From positions 4,352,001 through 4,416,000 of the forward strand of contig OY970192.1 of NCBI GenBank assembly GCA_963708135.1: a DNA stretch of 64,000 nucleotides, in the 5' to 3' direction. The position numbers and the translations under genes are program-made. Shown in pieces: positions 1 through 9,659 of this stretch. The notes beneath the pieces were generated by a model. That model had not been told where the DNA came from. It did no database searches and saw only the letters and a program-made list of their open reading frames with translations. The stretch comes from an uncultured Gemmatimonadales bacterium. GTDB taxonomy: Bacteria > Gemmatimonadota > Gemmatimonadetes > Longimicrobiales > RSA9. Within the stretch, counting starts at the first letter, position 1. Every line of letters begins with the position of its first letter.

Positions 1-2
1 GC

Positions 3-1085
3 GCCGGGCGCGCCGCGGTCCCCGCGTCGCCTTCCGCCGCCGAGCCGACCGAGCGTTTCCTGCGCGCCTGCCGCGGCCTGCCCGTGGACGCCACCCCCGT
101 GTGGTTCATGCGTCAGGCCGGCCGCTACATGGCCGAGTACCGCGAGATCCGGAAGCATCACACGCTGCTCGAGATCTGCGCGCAGCCGGAGCTCGCCGCC
201 GAGGTCACGCTCCAGCCCGTCCGCGCCCTCGGCGTGGATGCCGCCATCCTGTTCGCCGACATCCTGCTCCCGCTCGAGCCAATGGGCATCGAGCTGGAGT
301 TCGCGAAGGGCGAGGGGCCCGTCATCCACAACCCGGTGAGGACCGCGGGTGACGTCGCCGCGCTCCGCCACTTCGAGCCGCGCGAGTCGCTCGCCCACGT
401 CCTCGACGCCATCCGCATCCTGCGCCGCGAGCTGCCCGCCGGCGTGCCGCTCATCGGCTTCGCCGGCGCGCCCTTCACGCTGGCCAGCTACCTCGTGCAC
501 GGCGGCTCGAAGGGCGGCCTCGCCCGCGAGGCAGTGGATGCCAGGCGCTTCATGTACGAGCGGCCCGCCCTCTGGCACGAGCTCATGGCGAAGGTCGCCG
601 GGGTGGTCGCCGACTACCTCGTCGCCCAAGTCGAGGCGGGTGCGCAGGCCGTGCAGCTCTTCGACTCCTGGATCGGAGCCCTCGGCCCCGACGACTACCG
701 CGAGTATGTCGCGCCCCATTCGGCCGCCATCCTGCACGCCGCCGCGGCGACGGGCGTGCCCGTGATCCACTTCGGCACCGGCACCGCCACGCTGCTCGGC
801 GAGATGAAGGCGGCCGGCGGGGACGTCATCGGGCTTGACTGGCGCACGCCGCTCGACTGGGGCCGGAAGACGCTCGGCGAGGCGGTGCCCGTGCAGGGTA
901 ACCTGGACCCCGTCGCCCTCTTCGCCCCGCGCGCCGAGCTCGACCGCCGGATCCGCCGGATCGTCGAGCAGAACGCGGGCCGCCCCGGCCACGTCTTCAA
1001 CCTCGGCCACGGGATCCTGCAGGGCACGCCGGTCGAGAACGTGCGCCACGTGGTCGAGCAGGTCCACGAGCTTTCGAGGACCTAG
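3..1085 (+). CDS. hemE: Uroporphyrinogen decarboxylase (5' end runs off the window)
   Basis: Motifs PVWFMRQAGRY, DAAILFADIL, LIGFAGAPFTLASY, QLFDSW, FNLGHG. The frame is open upstream of the GTG at 84 to the window edge (ERFLRACRG). Confidence 0.97.
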   Translation, partial: AGRAAVPASPSAAEPTERFLRACRGLPVDATPVWFMRQAGRYMAEYREIRKHHTLLEICAQPELAAEVTLQPVRALGVDAAILFADILLPLEPMGIELEFAKGEGPVIHNPVRTAGDVAALRHFEPRESLAHVLDAIRILRRELPAGVPLIGFAGAPFTLASYLVHGGSKGGLAREAVDARRFMYERPALWHELMAKVAGVVADYLVAQVEAGAQAVQLFDSWIGALGPDDYREYVAPHSAAILHAAAATGVPVIHFGTGTATLLGEMKAAGGDVIGLDWRTPLDWGRKTLGEAVPVQGNLDPVALFAPRAELDRRIRRIVEQNAGRPGHVFNLGHGILQGTPVENVRHVVEQVHELSRT

Positions 1086-1088
1086 GAC

Positions 1089-2591
1089 ATGCCACACCGC
1101 GTCGTCATCGTCGGGGGCGGCATCGCCGGACTGGCCGCCGCGCACCGGCTGGCCCGGGGCGGGGACGGCCTGGAGGTCACGCTGCTCGAGGGCGAGGACC
1201 GGCTCGGCGGGAAGATCGCGACGGAGCGCACGGACGGCTTCGTGCTCGAGAAGGGGCCCGACATCTTCCTCGGCAGCAAGCCGGGCGGCGTCGGCCTCGC
1301 CCGCGAGCTCGGGATCGAGGATCGCCTCCACGGCGTCCGGCGCGAGCTGCAGAAGACCTTCATCATGCGCGACGGTCACCTGCTCCCGATGCCCGAGGGG
1401 CTGACCGGCCTCGTGCCCGCGCAGTTCGGTCCCTTCATCCGCACCCGGCTCATCTCCCCGTTCGGCAAGATGCGCATGGCGGAGGACCTCTTCATTCCGC
1501 CGCGCCGAGGCGGCGGCGACGAGTCGCTGGCCAGCTTCGTCACGCGCCGTCTCGGCCGCGAGATGTACGAGCGGCTCGTCGAGCCCCTGCTCAGCGGGAT
1601 CTATGCCGGCGACGGCGAGGAGCTCAGCCTCGCCGCCACCTTCCCGCAGCTGCGCCAGCAGGAGATCGAGCACGGCTCGCTCGTGCGGGCGGCGCTCACC
1701 GCCCGGCTGCGCGCCGTGGGCGGCGGCGCGGCATCCGCCGCGCGCCCGGCGGCGGGAGACGGCGAGACGGCGGGGCAGGCCCCCGGGGAGAGCGACGCGC
1801 CCCGCCCCAGCCGGCCGGCGGGGCGTGCAGGGTTCCTCTCCTTCCCTTCCGGCCTCGCGGAGCTGTCGGAGGCGGCCGAGCGCGCGCTCGACGGCCGGGT
1901 GCGCATCGTGCGCGGCGTGCGTGCCACGCGCCTGTCGCCTCCCTCCGGAGAAGCCGGCCACTGGACGGTCGAGCTGGCGGACGGCTCCTCGCTTCCCGCC
2001 GACGCAGTCGTGCTGGCCACCCCCGCGTACGTGAGCGCCGAGCTGGTCGAGAGCTTCGACGCCGCCCTGGCCGGGCCGCTCCGCGCGATCCCCTATGTCA
2101 CGACCGCCACAGTCTCGCTGGCCTATCCCCTCGGCGACATCCCGCGTGCGCTGGATGGCCACGGCTACGTCATCCCCCGCATCGAGCAACGGAGCGTGCT
2201 GGCTGTGACCTGGAGCTCGAGCAAGCTCCCGTACCGCGCGCCGGAGGGCTGGGTGCTGCTGCGCGCCTTCCTGGGCAGCGCGCGCACGGCCGAGGACCTC
2301 CCTCCGGGCGACGACGCCCTTCTCGAGCTCGCCCGCGCCGAGCTCCGCGACACCATGGGGATCACCGCCCCACCGAGCCTCAGCCGCGTCGCGCGCTGGG
2401 ACCGCGGCATGCCCCAGTACACCATGGGCCATCTCGACCGCATCGCCGTCATCGATGAACGGGTCGGCGCCCACGCCGGCCTCCATCTTGCCGGCGCCGC
2501 CTACCATGGCGTCGGCATCCCGGACTGCATCGCCTCCGGGCGCGCCGCCGCCGAGAGGATCCTCCAACGCCGGGACCGGAGCCCATCATGA
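1089..2591 (+). CDS. hemY: Protoporphyrinogen/coproporphyrinogen oxidase, HemY-type flavoprotein
   Basis: GGGIAGL FAD motif, RLGGKI, EPLLSGIYAGD, MPQYTMGH, GVGIPDCI. Lies directly after hemE. Confidence 0.95.
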   Translation: MPHRVVIVGGGIAGLAAAHRLARGGDGLEVTLLEGEDRLGGKIATERTDGFVLEKGPDIFLGSKPGGVGLARELGIEDRLHGVRRELQKTFIMRDGHLLPMPEGLTGLVPAQFGPFIRTRLISPFGKMRMAEDLFIPPRRGGGDESLASFVTRRLGREMYERLVEPLLSGIYAGDGEELSLAATFPQLRQQEIEHGSLVRAALTARLRAVGGGAASAARPAAGDGETAGQAPGESDAPRPSRPAGRAGFLSFPSGLAELSEAAERALDGRVRIVRGVRATRLSPPSGEAGHWTVELADGSSLPADAVVLATPAYVSAELVESFDAALAGPLRAIPYVTTATVSLAYPLGDIPRALDGHGYVIPRIEQRSVLAVTWSSSKLPYRAPEGWVLLRAFLGSARTAEDLPPGDDALLELARAELRDTMGITAPPSLSRVARWDRGMPQYTMGHLDRIAVIDERVGAHAGLHLAGAAYHGVGIPDCIASGRAAAERILQRRDRSPS

Positions 2592-2938
2592 GAGCCGCCG
2601 CCGCCTTCGCCCTCTGCGCCGCCGCCCTGCTCCCCGCCTGCGCCGGGAAGCATGCGGCCGCGCGGGAGCAGCAGCCGCCCACGGTTCTCGAGGTGCAGAA
2701 CGACAACTACCTCGACATGGACGTCTTCCTGCTGCCCTCCGGCGGCGCCCGCATCCGCCTGGGCGAGGTCACCGGGCACAGTACCGCCCGGCTCACGATC
2801 CCCGCCCGCTACATCTTCGGGCCGACGCCGCTCCGCTTTCAGGCGCACCCGGTCGGGAGCGGCGCCAACCCGGTCACGCAGGAGATCCAGGTCAGTCCGG
2901 GCGACACCGTCGTGATGCAGATCCCGCCCGGCGGCTGA
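2588..2938 (+). CDS. Small lipoprotein of unknown function
   Basis: ATGA overlap with hemY; lipobox LLPAC; beta-rich mature part. Confidence 0.8.
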   Translation: MRAAAAFALCAAALLPACAGKHAAAREQQPPTVLEVQNDNYLDMDVFLLPSGGARIRLGEVTGHSTARLTIPARYIFGPTPLRFQAHPVGSGANPVTQEIQVSPGDTVVMQIPPGG

Positions 2939-2969
2939 TGGAGCGTTCCGCCCGCACCCCGGAGGCATC

Positions 2970-3539
2970 GTGCTGAACCTCACCGGCGCCGCGCGGGAGC
3001 GCGTCCTCGATCTCGTCCGGCAGCTCGGTGCGGACGCCCCCGCGCTTCGCATCTCCGTATGCCAGGGCGGCAGCCCGCTCGCCCCCGAGTACGACATCAC
3101 CCTCGTCGAGGCGGAGGATGCCCTGCCCGGCAATGTGACGGTCGAGCAGCCCGGCTTCCCGGTCCTCGTCGAGCCGGGCGCGGCCGAGCGCCTGCAGGGT
3201 GCCGCGCTCGATTTCCAGGACGGCGCCTTCCGGATCCGCGAGGCCGCGGCGGCCGCGACCGGCGGCGGCCCCCTCGCCGAGCGCGTCCGCGACCTCATCG
3301 AGCGCCGCGTCAACCCGGCCGTGGCGGCACATGGCGGCCGCATCACTCTGGTGGAGGTGCGCGACGACGTCGCCTACGTCCGCATGAGCGGCGGCTGCCA
3401 GGGGTGCGGCATGGCGGCGGTCACCCTCCGCCAGGGCGTCGAGCGCATGATCCGCGACGCCATCCCCGAGATCCGCGGCGTGGCCGACGTGACCGACCAT
3501 GCCACTGGCGCGACCCCGTTCTTCGCGCCCGCCAAGTAG
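2970..3539 (+). CDS. nfuA: NfuA-type Fe-S biogenesis protein (degenerate A-type carrier domain plus NifU-C domain)
   Basis: VNPAVAAHGG, GGCQGC (CxxC), TLRQGVE, DVTDH; GGAGG ribosome-binding site before the GTG. Confidence 0.9.
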   Translation: MLNLTGAARERVLDLVRQLGADAPALRISVCQGGSPLAPEYDITLVEAEDALPGNVTVEQPGFPVLVEPGAAERLQGAALDFQDGAFRIREAAAAATGGGPLAERVRDLIERRVNPAVAAHGGRITLVEVRDDVAYVRMSGGCQGCGMAAVTLRQGVERMIRDAIPEIRGVADVTDHATGATPFFAPAK

Positions 3540-3727
3540 CCGCGCCGCCGGCCCCCGCGCTCGCCTCATCTCTATTCGGACCCGCTACTTATTTCCGGCG
3601 CGCGCGCCCGGCGCCTCGTCGCGGGGACGCGGCCCTTCCCGCCGCCCGCTCCGCAACTCGTTGGCGGACCGCATCCTGGCCGGCCAGACCGGGGCGCCGG
3701 CGCGGGCGCCCCGCCTTCGCCGGGTGC

Positions 3728-3743
3728 GGGCGCGCCATTTGCC
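3728..3743 (+). promoter_or_regulatory. Putative sigma54 -24/-12 promoter
   Basis: GG-CGCGCCATTT-GC (GG-N10-GC, ending TTGC), about 63 bp upstream of the ATG at 3805. Confidence 0.5.
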
Positions 3744-3804
3744 CCCATCCCCGCCCGGCGCATCAGCGATACACCTCCCCGGTACTCTCACAAGGACGCT
3801 ACGG

Positions 3805-4467
3805 ATGAGTGGACGGCCGACGGCCAGGAGCGTGCGTGCCGGCAGCGCGCGCAAGCTGCGCATCGCGGCGGCGGTGGCGCGGGAGGCGCTGCTCGACGTG
3901 CACGTGGTGCGTGCGCTGGAGCTGGTGGAGCTGGCGCGCGGCCGCGTCGAGGCGGTCCGGATGCTCGACATCTATCGACGGCTGCACCACCTGGACGACG
4001 CGGTGATGTCGAGCGTCTCGAACCGGGTTCTCGCCATCCTCGGCGAGCAGGCGCTGGAGACGGTGATCGCGCCCGTGGACGAGGACGCCGAGGCGGAGCG
4101 GCCGAGGCGGATTCCGGCGCGCACGCTGCGGGGTCGCCTGCGCGCCCTGCTGGGCGGCGGGAGGGTGCACTTCTCGCTCCGGCGCCAGGTGGATCTCCAC
4201 ACGGGGCGGACCGAGATCGCGCTCATGCAGGTCCACGCCGAACACGCGTTGCGGTTCGCCGACATCCTCCTCGCGGAGGCCACGGCGGATGAGGCCGTGG
4301 CGGTCTACCGCGAGATGCTCGGCGTGCGCGACTCGCTGCACGAGACCCTCTATTTCCTGATGCTCAGCCGCATGAGCGAGCAGGAGGCGGCGCGATCCGG
4401 CCCCGGCGGCGATCCCGCCGTGGTCCCGCCGAACCTGCGCGCCCGCGGCCTCGCCCTCTTCTCCTGA
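3805..4467 (+). CDS. Hypothetical helical protein with internal duplication; paralog of 12068..12763
   Basis: AAGGA RBS before the ATG; shares GRVH, LHTGR and YREMLGV with the 12068 gene. Confidence 0.85.
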   Translation: MSGRPTARSVRAGSARKLRIAAAVAREALLDVHVVRALELVELARGRVEAVRMLDIYRRLHHLDDAVMSSVSNRVLAILGEQALETVIAPVDEDAEAERPRRIPARTLRGRLRALLGGGRVHFSLRRQVDLHTGRTEIALMQVHAEHALRFADILLAEATADEAVAVYREMLGVRDSLHETLYFLMLSRMSEQEAARSGPGGDPAVVPPNLRARGLALFS

Positions 4468-4581
4468 CCTCTCGACCTTCTCGATTCCGGCGCGACGCCG
4501 GCGCGACGCCGGCGCTCGCCGGCGCCCCGGCCGCGCCGCGCCCATGGGAACCCTCCCGCACCTGCGGCAGTACCACCGGCC

Positions 4582-5364
4582 GTGATCGAGACACGGGCCC
4601 TTCATCGCTACGCCTGCCTGCCGCTGCCGGCACTGCTGCTCTCGCTGCTCGCCGCCACCACGATGGCCGCCGCGGCCGGGGGCGCGAGCGCGCAGGGCGT
4701 GCCGCTGCGGGCGCGCGGGGTGCCCCCCGGCCAGGTGCTCACGGGGCGGGTGCTGGATGCGGCCACCGGACGGCCGCTTTTCGGGGCGGTCGTCGGGCTG
4801 CCGGACCTGGGCGTCGAGGCGCAGACGGACAGCGTGGGGCGGTTCGTTCTGCACCGGGTGGGCGCCGGGACGCACAAGGTCTACGTCAGCGAGATCGGCT
4901 ACCGTGACCTCCTCCAGCGGGTCGAGCTCTCTCGGGATGGCGCCGACCTGCGGGTCGAGCCGGACCCGGTCCTCCTCAAGGGCATTGCGGTGCTGGCCGA
5001 TCGCTTCCGCGCGCGCCGCGAGGCCGCGCCATACGCGGCCGTCGCCTTCGACCGGGAGACCCTGCTGCGCAGCGGCGCCGCGGACATGCGGGAGTTCCTT
5101 TCCAACGTCGCCGGTATCACCCTCGTGCCGTGCCCCCGGGAGCCGTTCGCCACCTGCGCGCTCGTGAATCGCCGGCCCGCCCGCACCGCCGTCTTCGTCG
5201 ACGAGCGCCGCGCCTACGGCGGCATCGAGGAGCTCACGTCCTACCTCCCGTCCGATCTGTTCCTCCTCGAGGTCTACGGCGAAGGCCGCATGGTGCGCGC
5301 GTACACCGGCTGGTGGTTCGCCCGCAGCGCCCGCAAGCGCCTTCTGCCCGTTCCCCTCTTCTGA
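4582..5364 (+). CDS. Secreted protein with a carboxypeptidase-regulatory-like domain and a short plug-like C-terminal domain
   Basis: Signal peptide; GRVLDAATGRPL..A.V, TDSVGRF, IGY; C-terminal VFVDE...LEVY. Confidence 0.8.
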   Translation: MIETRALHRYACLPLPALLLSLLAATTMAAAAGGASAQGVPLRARGVPPGQVLTGRVLDAATGRPLFGAVVGLPDLGVEAQTDSVGRFVLHRVGAGTHKVYVSEIGYRDLLQRVELSRDGADLRVEPDPVLLKGIAVLADRFRARREAAPYAAVAFDRETLLRSGAADMREFLSNVAGITLVPCPREPFATCALVNRRPARTAVFVDERRAYGGIEELTSYLPSDLFLLEVYGEGRMVRAYTGWWFARSARKRLLPVPLF

Positions 5365-5383
5365 GCCCCGCCGACGCCCCCCC

Positions 5384-5409
5384 TGAAACCCACACCCGTC
5401 CCCGCCGTA
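5384..5409 (+). promoter_or_regulatory. Putative ECF-sigma promoter
   Basis: TGAAAC-N16-CGTA, 36 bp before the ATG at 5445. Confidence 0.5.
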
Positions 5410-5444
5410 AGGATTTCCGAGAGCCCCATCACAGGAGGCAGACC

Positions 5445-5957
5445 ATGACCGACTCCAGCGAGCCCGGTGGCAGGCGGGACGTCTTCGAGGAGCTGCAGGC
5501 CCGCATCGATGCCGCCATCGAGGAGCTGCGCCCGAAGATGAAGAAGGCCTTCGACGAGCTGGACGAGCGCGTCGATGCCGCGCTGCGCGACGTCCGCCCG
5601 CGCGTCGAGGAGGCCAGGCGTGGCGTCCGGCCGCGCCTCGATGAACTTGTAGAGGATCTGCAGCCGCGCGTGGATGGACTGCTCAGGACCCTGCAGGAGA
5701 GGATCGCGGCGCTCCGCCGCGATCTGGAGCGCCGCGCCGAAAGTGCCGCGGAGCGCTCCGGTGAGGGCGAGCAAGGCACCGGCCCAGCGCCCGGCGGGCC
5801 CCCGCCGCCGCCCCCTCCGGCCGAGCCGCCGCCCCCTCCGGCGGAGCCCCCGCCCCCTCCAGCCGAGCCGACGGCTCCCCCGGCCGAGCCGACGCCGCCG
5901 CCGGAGCCGCCCCCGGGCGGTCCGCCGCCGCCGAAGCGGCCGCCGCGGACGCCGTGA
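5445..5957 (+). CDS. Hypothetical amphipathic-helix (apolipoprotein-like) protein with a Pro-rich tail
   Basis: AGGAGG RBS; repeated RPRV/LD..L helical units; PPPPAE repeats. Confidence 0.75.
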   Translation: MTDSSEPGGRRDVFEELQARIDAAIEELRPKMKKAFDELDERVDAALRDVRPRVEEARRGVRPRLDELVEDLQPRVDGLLRTLQERIAALRRDLERRAESAAERSGEGEQGTGPAPGGPPPPPPPAEPPPPPAEPPPPPAEPTAPPAEPTPPPEPPPGGPPPPKRPPRTP

Positions 5958-5962
5958 TGCGC

Positions 5963-6000
5963 GAGGGCGGGCGCCCCGATCCCGGGCGCCCGCCCTCTTT
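5963..6000 (+). terminator. Intrinsic terminator hairpin
   Basis: GAGGGCGGGCGCCC...GGGCGCCCGCCCTC followed by TTT, between convergent genes. Confidence 0.7.
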
Positions 6001-6059
6001 CCTGCCCTTCGAACCGGCCCCGGAGCCGCGCTCGGCCCCGGGGCACCGGCTCGCGCTGC

Positions 6060-7634
6060 TCAGTGGCAGCGCAGCGTCTTTCCGCGCACCGCGCAGGAGA
6101 CGGTCTGGCTTGCGCTGGCGGAATCCGTGTCGTTGCTCGCCGTGAGCGTCACCGTGAAGGTGCCTTCGGCGCCGTAGGTGTGGCTCGCCGTCACGCCGGT
6201 AGCGGACGCTCCATCGCCGAAGGTCCAGCTGAAGGAGCTCGCGCCGGTCGATGCGCTCGCGTCGAAGGCGCAGGTGGCGACCTGGCAGCTCGTTGTGAAC
6301 GAGGCAGTGGCCGTCGTGCCCCCGCCGCCGCCGCCGCCCCCGCCGCCCCCGCCGCCCGAACCCGTGACTGCGGCGTACGTGTTCAGTCTGCCGCTGCCGA
6401 AGTGGCTCGCATCGCCAATGTTGTCCGCCGTGCCCAGGATCCGGTCGCGGAGGGCGGCGCCGCGCAGGCCGTCCTTCGATGCCACGACGGCCGCCGTTCC
6501 GGTCACCTGCGGCGCGGCCATGGAGGTGCCCTGGAGCCACTCGTACCCGCCGCCCAGGTAGGCGCTGTAGATGCACCCCTCGGGCGTGGTGTTCGAGTAG
6601 CACTCGCCGCCTGGCGCGGAGATGTCCAGGCCGGAGCCCCAGTTGGAGTAATAGGTGAGCGTGTCCTGCCAGTTCGTCGCCGCCACGGAGATGGCGTTCC
6701 GGTCGCACGCCGGGCAGGAGACCGTCGAGGTTCCGTCGTTCCCGGCCGAGGCGATGACGAGGGCGTCCTTGCCGGTGGCGTAGGCGATCGCGTCGGATTC
6801 CGCCTGCGACTCGCTCGCGCCGCCGAGGCTCAGGTTCATGGCCACCACGCCGTAGTCGGCCGCGGCGCGGATCGCGTTGACGATGGCGGTGGTGGGGCAC
6901 CCGCGCTGGCCGCACACCTTCTGCACGTAGACCTGCACATGCGACGCGGCGCCGCTCACGCCCGCGACCCCCACGTGCTCGCCGGCCATGGTGCCCGTCG
7001 TGTGCGTGCCGTGGCCCTCGTCATCCGCGGGGTCGCTGTCGTTGTTGTACCAGTCCTCTCCGGCGATGAGCCGCCCCGTGAACTCCGAGTGCGAGAAGTC
7101 CACTCCGGTGTCGATGCTGCCGATGACGACAGCGGTCCCGCCGGCCCCGTAGGTGCTCGACACGTCAGCACCCGACGCATCCTCGTCGGCATCCGTCGTC
7201 GAGGCGTAGGAGGACGGCAGCGGGCTGCCCTTCGAGCGGCCCGTCGTGAACAGCATGTTCAGGCCGCCGGGGTTATGGAACGCCCAGAGCGTGTCGGCGG
7301 TCGGCTGGCGCAGGTAATTCGGCTCGGCGTAGACGACACGGGAGTCGCGCGAGAGGCGGGCCGCCAGGGCGCGCTCGTTACCGGCCGCGCCGTGCAGCAC
7401 GACGAACGCGTTCGCATAGCCGGACCGGCCTACGGTCACCCCGTTCGCGCGGGCAATGGCGGCCACGTCCGCGCCAGGCGCGGACTTTACCACGATCTCA
7501 CCGGGCACGACCTGCTCCGCGGCGGCGGCCATGCTCATCCGCGGCGCCGCGGGCGCGGGCGGAGGAACGGTGGGCGACTCCGAGCACGCCGCGGCGCCAA
7601 GCGCCAGCAGCGCGACGAAGGAAACGATACGCAT
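6060..7634 (-). CDS. Subtilisin-family S8 serine peptidase, lipoprotein, with C-terminal PKD domain
   Basis: Catalytic triad IDTG, HGTH, GTSMAAP; AGN oxyanion motif; lipobox AAAC; PKD motif WTFGDG...HTY...G.FTVTLT after a poly-Gly linker. Confidence 0.93.
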   Translation of the reverse strand: MRIVSFVALLALGAAACSESPTVPPPAPAAPRMSMAAAAEQVVPGEIVVKSAPGADVAAIARANGVTVGRSGYANAFVVLHGAAGNERALAARLSRDSRVVYAEPNYLRQPTADTLWAFHNPGGLNMLFTTGRSKGSPLPSSYASTTDADEDASGADVSSTYGAGGTAVVIGSIDTGVDFSHSEFTGRLIAGEDWYNNDSDPADDEGHGTHTTGTMAGEHVGVAGVSGAASHVQVYVQKVCGQRGCPTTAIVNAIRAAADYGVVAMNLSLGGASESQAESDAIAYATGKDALVIASAGNDGTSTVSCPACDRNAISVAATNWQDTLTYYSNWGSGLDISAPGGECYSNTTPEGCIYSAYLGGGYEWLQGTSMAAPQVTGTAAVVASKDGLRGAALRDRILGTADNIGDASHFGSGRLNTYAAVTGSGGGGGGGGGGGGGTTATASFTTSCQVATCAFDASASTGASSFSWTFGDGASATGVTASHTYGAEGTFTVTLTASNDTDSASASQTVSCAVRGKTLRCH

Positions 7635-7916
7635 CACGGGACCTCCGGGAGGGGCTCCGGCGCTCGTGAACGCCCCGTTTGGGTCAGGGGCCACGCCGGG
7701 AAAGGGCGCATGCAACACGTTTCTACTTAACGAAGCGTCGGCGGCGGGTCAACTCCCATGCTGCCCGGGCCGGGAGCGAGGCTGCGGGTTTGCCGGGGAT
7801 GCGCGCGAGGGCGGGCCCCATGGGGGAGCGTCCGCCCTCGTGTCCGGTGCAGAGGTCCCGGCGCCGCGCCCGCCGCTCCGCCCCAGCCGCGCGGGCGGCA
7901 CGGGGCGGAGGTGCTA

Positions 7917-9062
7917 GTGTAGTGTCTGCCAATTGAGTTGATTTAACAAGACTCCGAGCGTACTGCGGTGAGCGCCTCGCGTGCACGCTGGATCTTGCGC
8001 AAGATGTCCTCGCCTTTGGCTCGCCACCGGTACGGCTTGGGATGGAGCTTTCGTTCGGCCAAGTAGCTCTCGATGTCACTCACCAGCTCGCGTACGCTGG
8101 AGAAGCTGCCCTCCCGAATCACGTCCTGCGTCAGCTCTCCGAAGAAGCGCTCGCCGAGATTCAACCAGGACGAACTGGTCGGCGTGAAGTGAAGGTGGAA
8201 GCGCGGATGCTTCGCAAGCCACTGGGTTACGCTCTCTTGCTTGTGCGTGCAGTAATTGTCCACGACGAGGTGTAGATCGAGATCCTTGGGCGTCTCCCGA
8301 TCGATCTGCTTGAGGAAGCGAAGCCACTCGACGTGCGTGTGACGCTCTTCCGTGCGCGCGATCAATTTGCCGTCGAGGTAGTTCAGTGCAGCAAACAGCG
8401 TGATGGTGCCGTGGCGGGTGTAGTCGTGGGTCTTGGTGCGAATCTCCCCGACGCCGAGGGGTAAGCCCGGTTGGGTGCGCTCCAAGGCCTGGCACTGGCT
8501 CTTCTCGTCACAACACAGGACCAGCGCCCTCTCGGGCGGATCGAGATACAGCCCGATCACGTCCCAGAACTTCTCCTCGAAGCGCGGATCGTTCGACAGC
8601 TTGAACGTCTGCGTCAGGTGCGGCTTGATCTCGTTTGCCCGCCAGATCCGGTGCACGCTGTCCGGCGAGATCCCGACCTCACGGGCCATCGTGCGCACAC
8701 TCCAACGCGTGCACGGCTTGGGCGGCCGAGTCGCCCGCGTGATGACCTGCTCCACCTTGTGCGCCGGGATCGAGGGGCGCCGGCCCCGTCCTTTTCGATC
8801 CTTCAGGCCGTCCAGGCCTTCGCGCTCGAAGCGTTGGGACCACTTGTTGACGCACGTGGCGCTCACGCCCAGCTCCCGCGCCACCTGCACCTGGCCGAGA
8901 CCGCGCCCGCGCCGCAGCACGATGGCGGCACGAAGGCTGTCGCGCTTGGACACGCTGGGCGCCTTCACACGCCGCTCAAGCTCTTGCCGTTCGGCGTCGG
9001 TGATCTCGATCTTGGACACAGGTCGCGCCATGGCGCAAGGATACGCCCGGCGCCTCCTACAC
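7917..9062 (-). mobile_element. IS630-family insertion sequence, about 1.15 kb
   Basis: Ends CTAGTGTAG (7914-7922) and CTACACTAG (9057-9065) are reverse complements. TA is duplicated at 7915-16 and 9063-64. GC is visibly lower than the flanks. Confidence 0.88.
7943..9031 (-). CDS. IS630 transposase, apparently intact
   Basis: N-terminal HTH (GL.D...GR), WSVRTMA; DDE residues in CCDEKS, VVDNY, SWLNLGERFF. Confidence 0.95.
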   Translation of the reverse strand: MARPVSKIEITDAERQELERRVKAPSVSKRDSLRAAIVLRRGRGLGQVQVARELGVSATCVNKWSQRFEREGLDGLKDRKGRGRRPSIPAHKVEQVITRATRPPKPCTRWSVRTMAREVGISPDSVHRIWRANEIKPHLTQTFKLSNDPRFEEKFWDVIGLYLDPPERALVLCCDEKSQCQALERTQPGLPLGVGEIRTKTHDYTRHGTITLFAALNYLDGKLIARTEERHTHVEWLRFLKQIDRETPKDLDLHLVVDNYCTHKQESVTQWLAKHPRFHLHFTPTSSSWLNLGERFFGELTQDVIREGSFSSVRELVSDIESYLAERKLHPKPYRWRAKGEDILRKIQRAREALTAVRSESC

Positions 9063-9268
9063 TAGAGCCCGTCGCGGGAGGGCATGTCGCGGAAGTACCG
9101 GAGCGCCTTCAGACCGAGCCAGACCAGCACCACCACGATGGCGAGCTTGAACAGCAGCACCAGGATGAAGCCGACCACGGCCCCGATCATGGCGAACAGC
9201 ACGCGCGCCACCAGCACCCCCACGACGGCCAGGACTCCGCCTCCCACGAGCTTCATTGCCAGCTGCAT
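9062..9268 (-). CDS. Small membrane protein
   Basis: 68 aa, almost wholly hydrophobic; GAGGA RBS; host codon usage. Confidence 0.75.
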   Translation of the reverse strand: MQLAMKLVGGGVLAVVGVLVARVLFAMIGAVVGFILVLLFKLAIVVVLVWLGLKALRYFRDMPSRDGL

Positions 9269-9295
9269 TGCGTCCTCTCCTCGGCTCGGCCCGGC

Positions 9296-9511
9296 TCAGA
9301 TCTCGGACTTCGGGTTGAAGTGCTGCCACGCCTTCAGCAGCAGCCACCCGATCAGCAGCAGGGGAACCACCCGGAAGATCAGGAACAGCCCCACGCCGAG
9401 CACCACGAAGACCAGCCGCAGGGCGAGCAGCACCACCGCGGCGATGATCACCCAGGTGATCAGCTTCCCGAGCAGCGTGCCGCCGCTCTTGCCGGTCACT
9501 TCGTCCGTCAT
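9296..9511 (-). CDS. Small membrane protein
   Basis: MTDEVTGKSGG start with GGAGG RBS; two hydrophobic helices; same style as its neighbour. Confidence 0.75.
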   Translation of the reverse strand: MTDEVTGKSGGTLLGKLITWVIIAAVVLLALRLVFVVLGVGLFLIFRVVPLLLIGWLLLKAWQHFNPKSEI

Positions 9512-9659
9512 CGCTTCCTCCGCGTCAGGGACCAACTGCCGGGATACCCTACGCAGGAAGTCCCGTTCGAGATTCAAACCCTCGCGCCGCGGGCGGGCGG
9601 CGGCGAGATTCAGGGCGCGCTGCCGCACCAATCCTATCGCCCCGGAGGGGTGAACGTCC

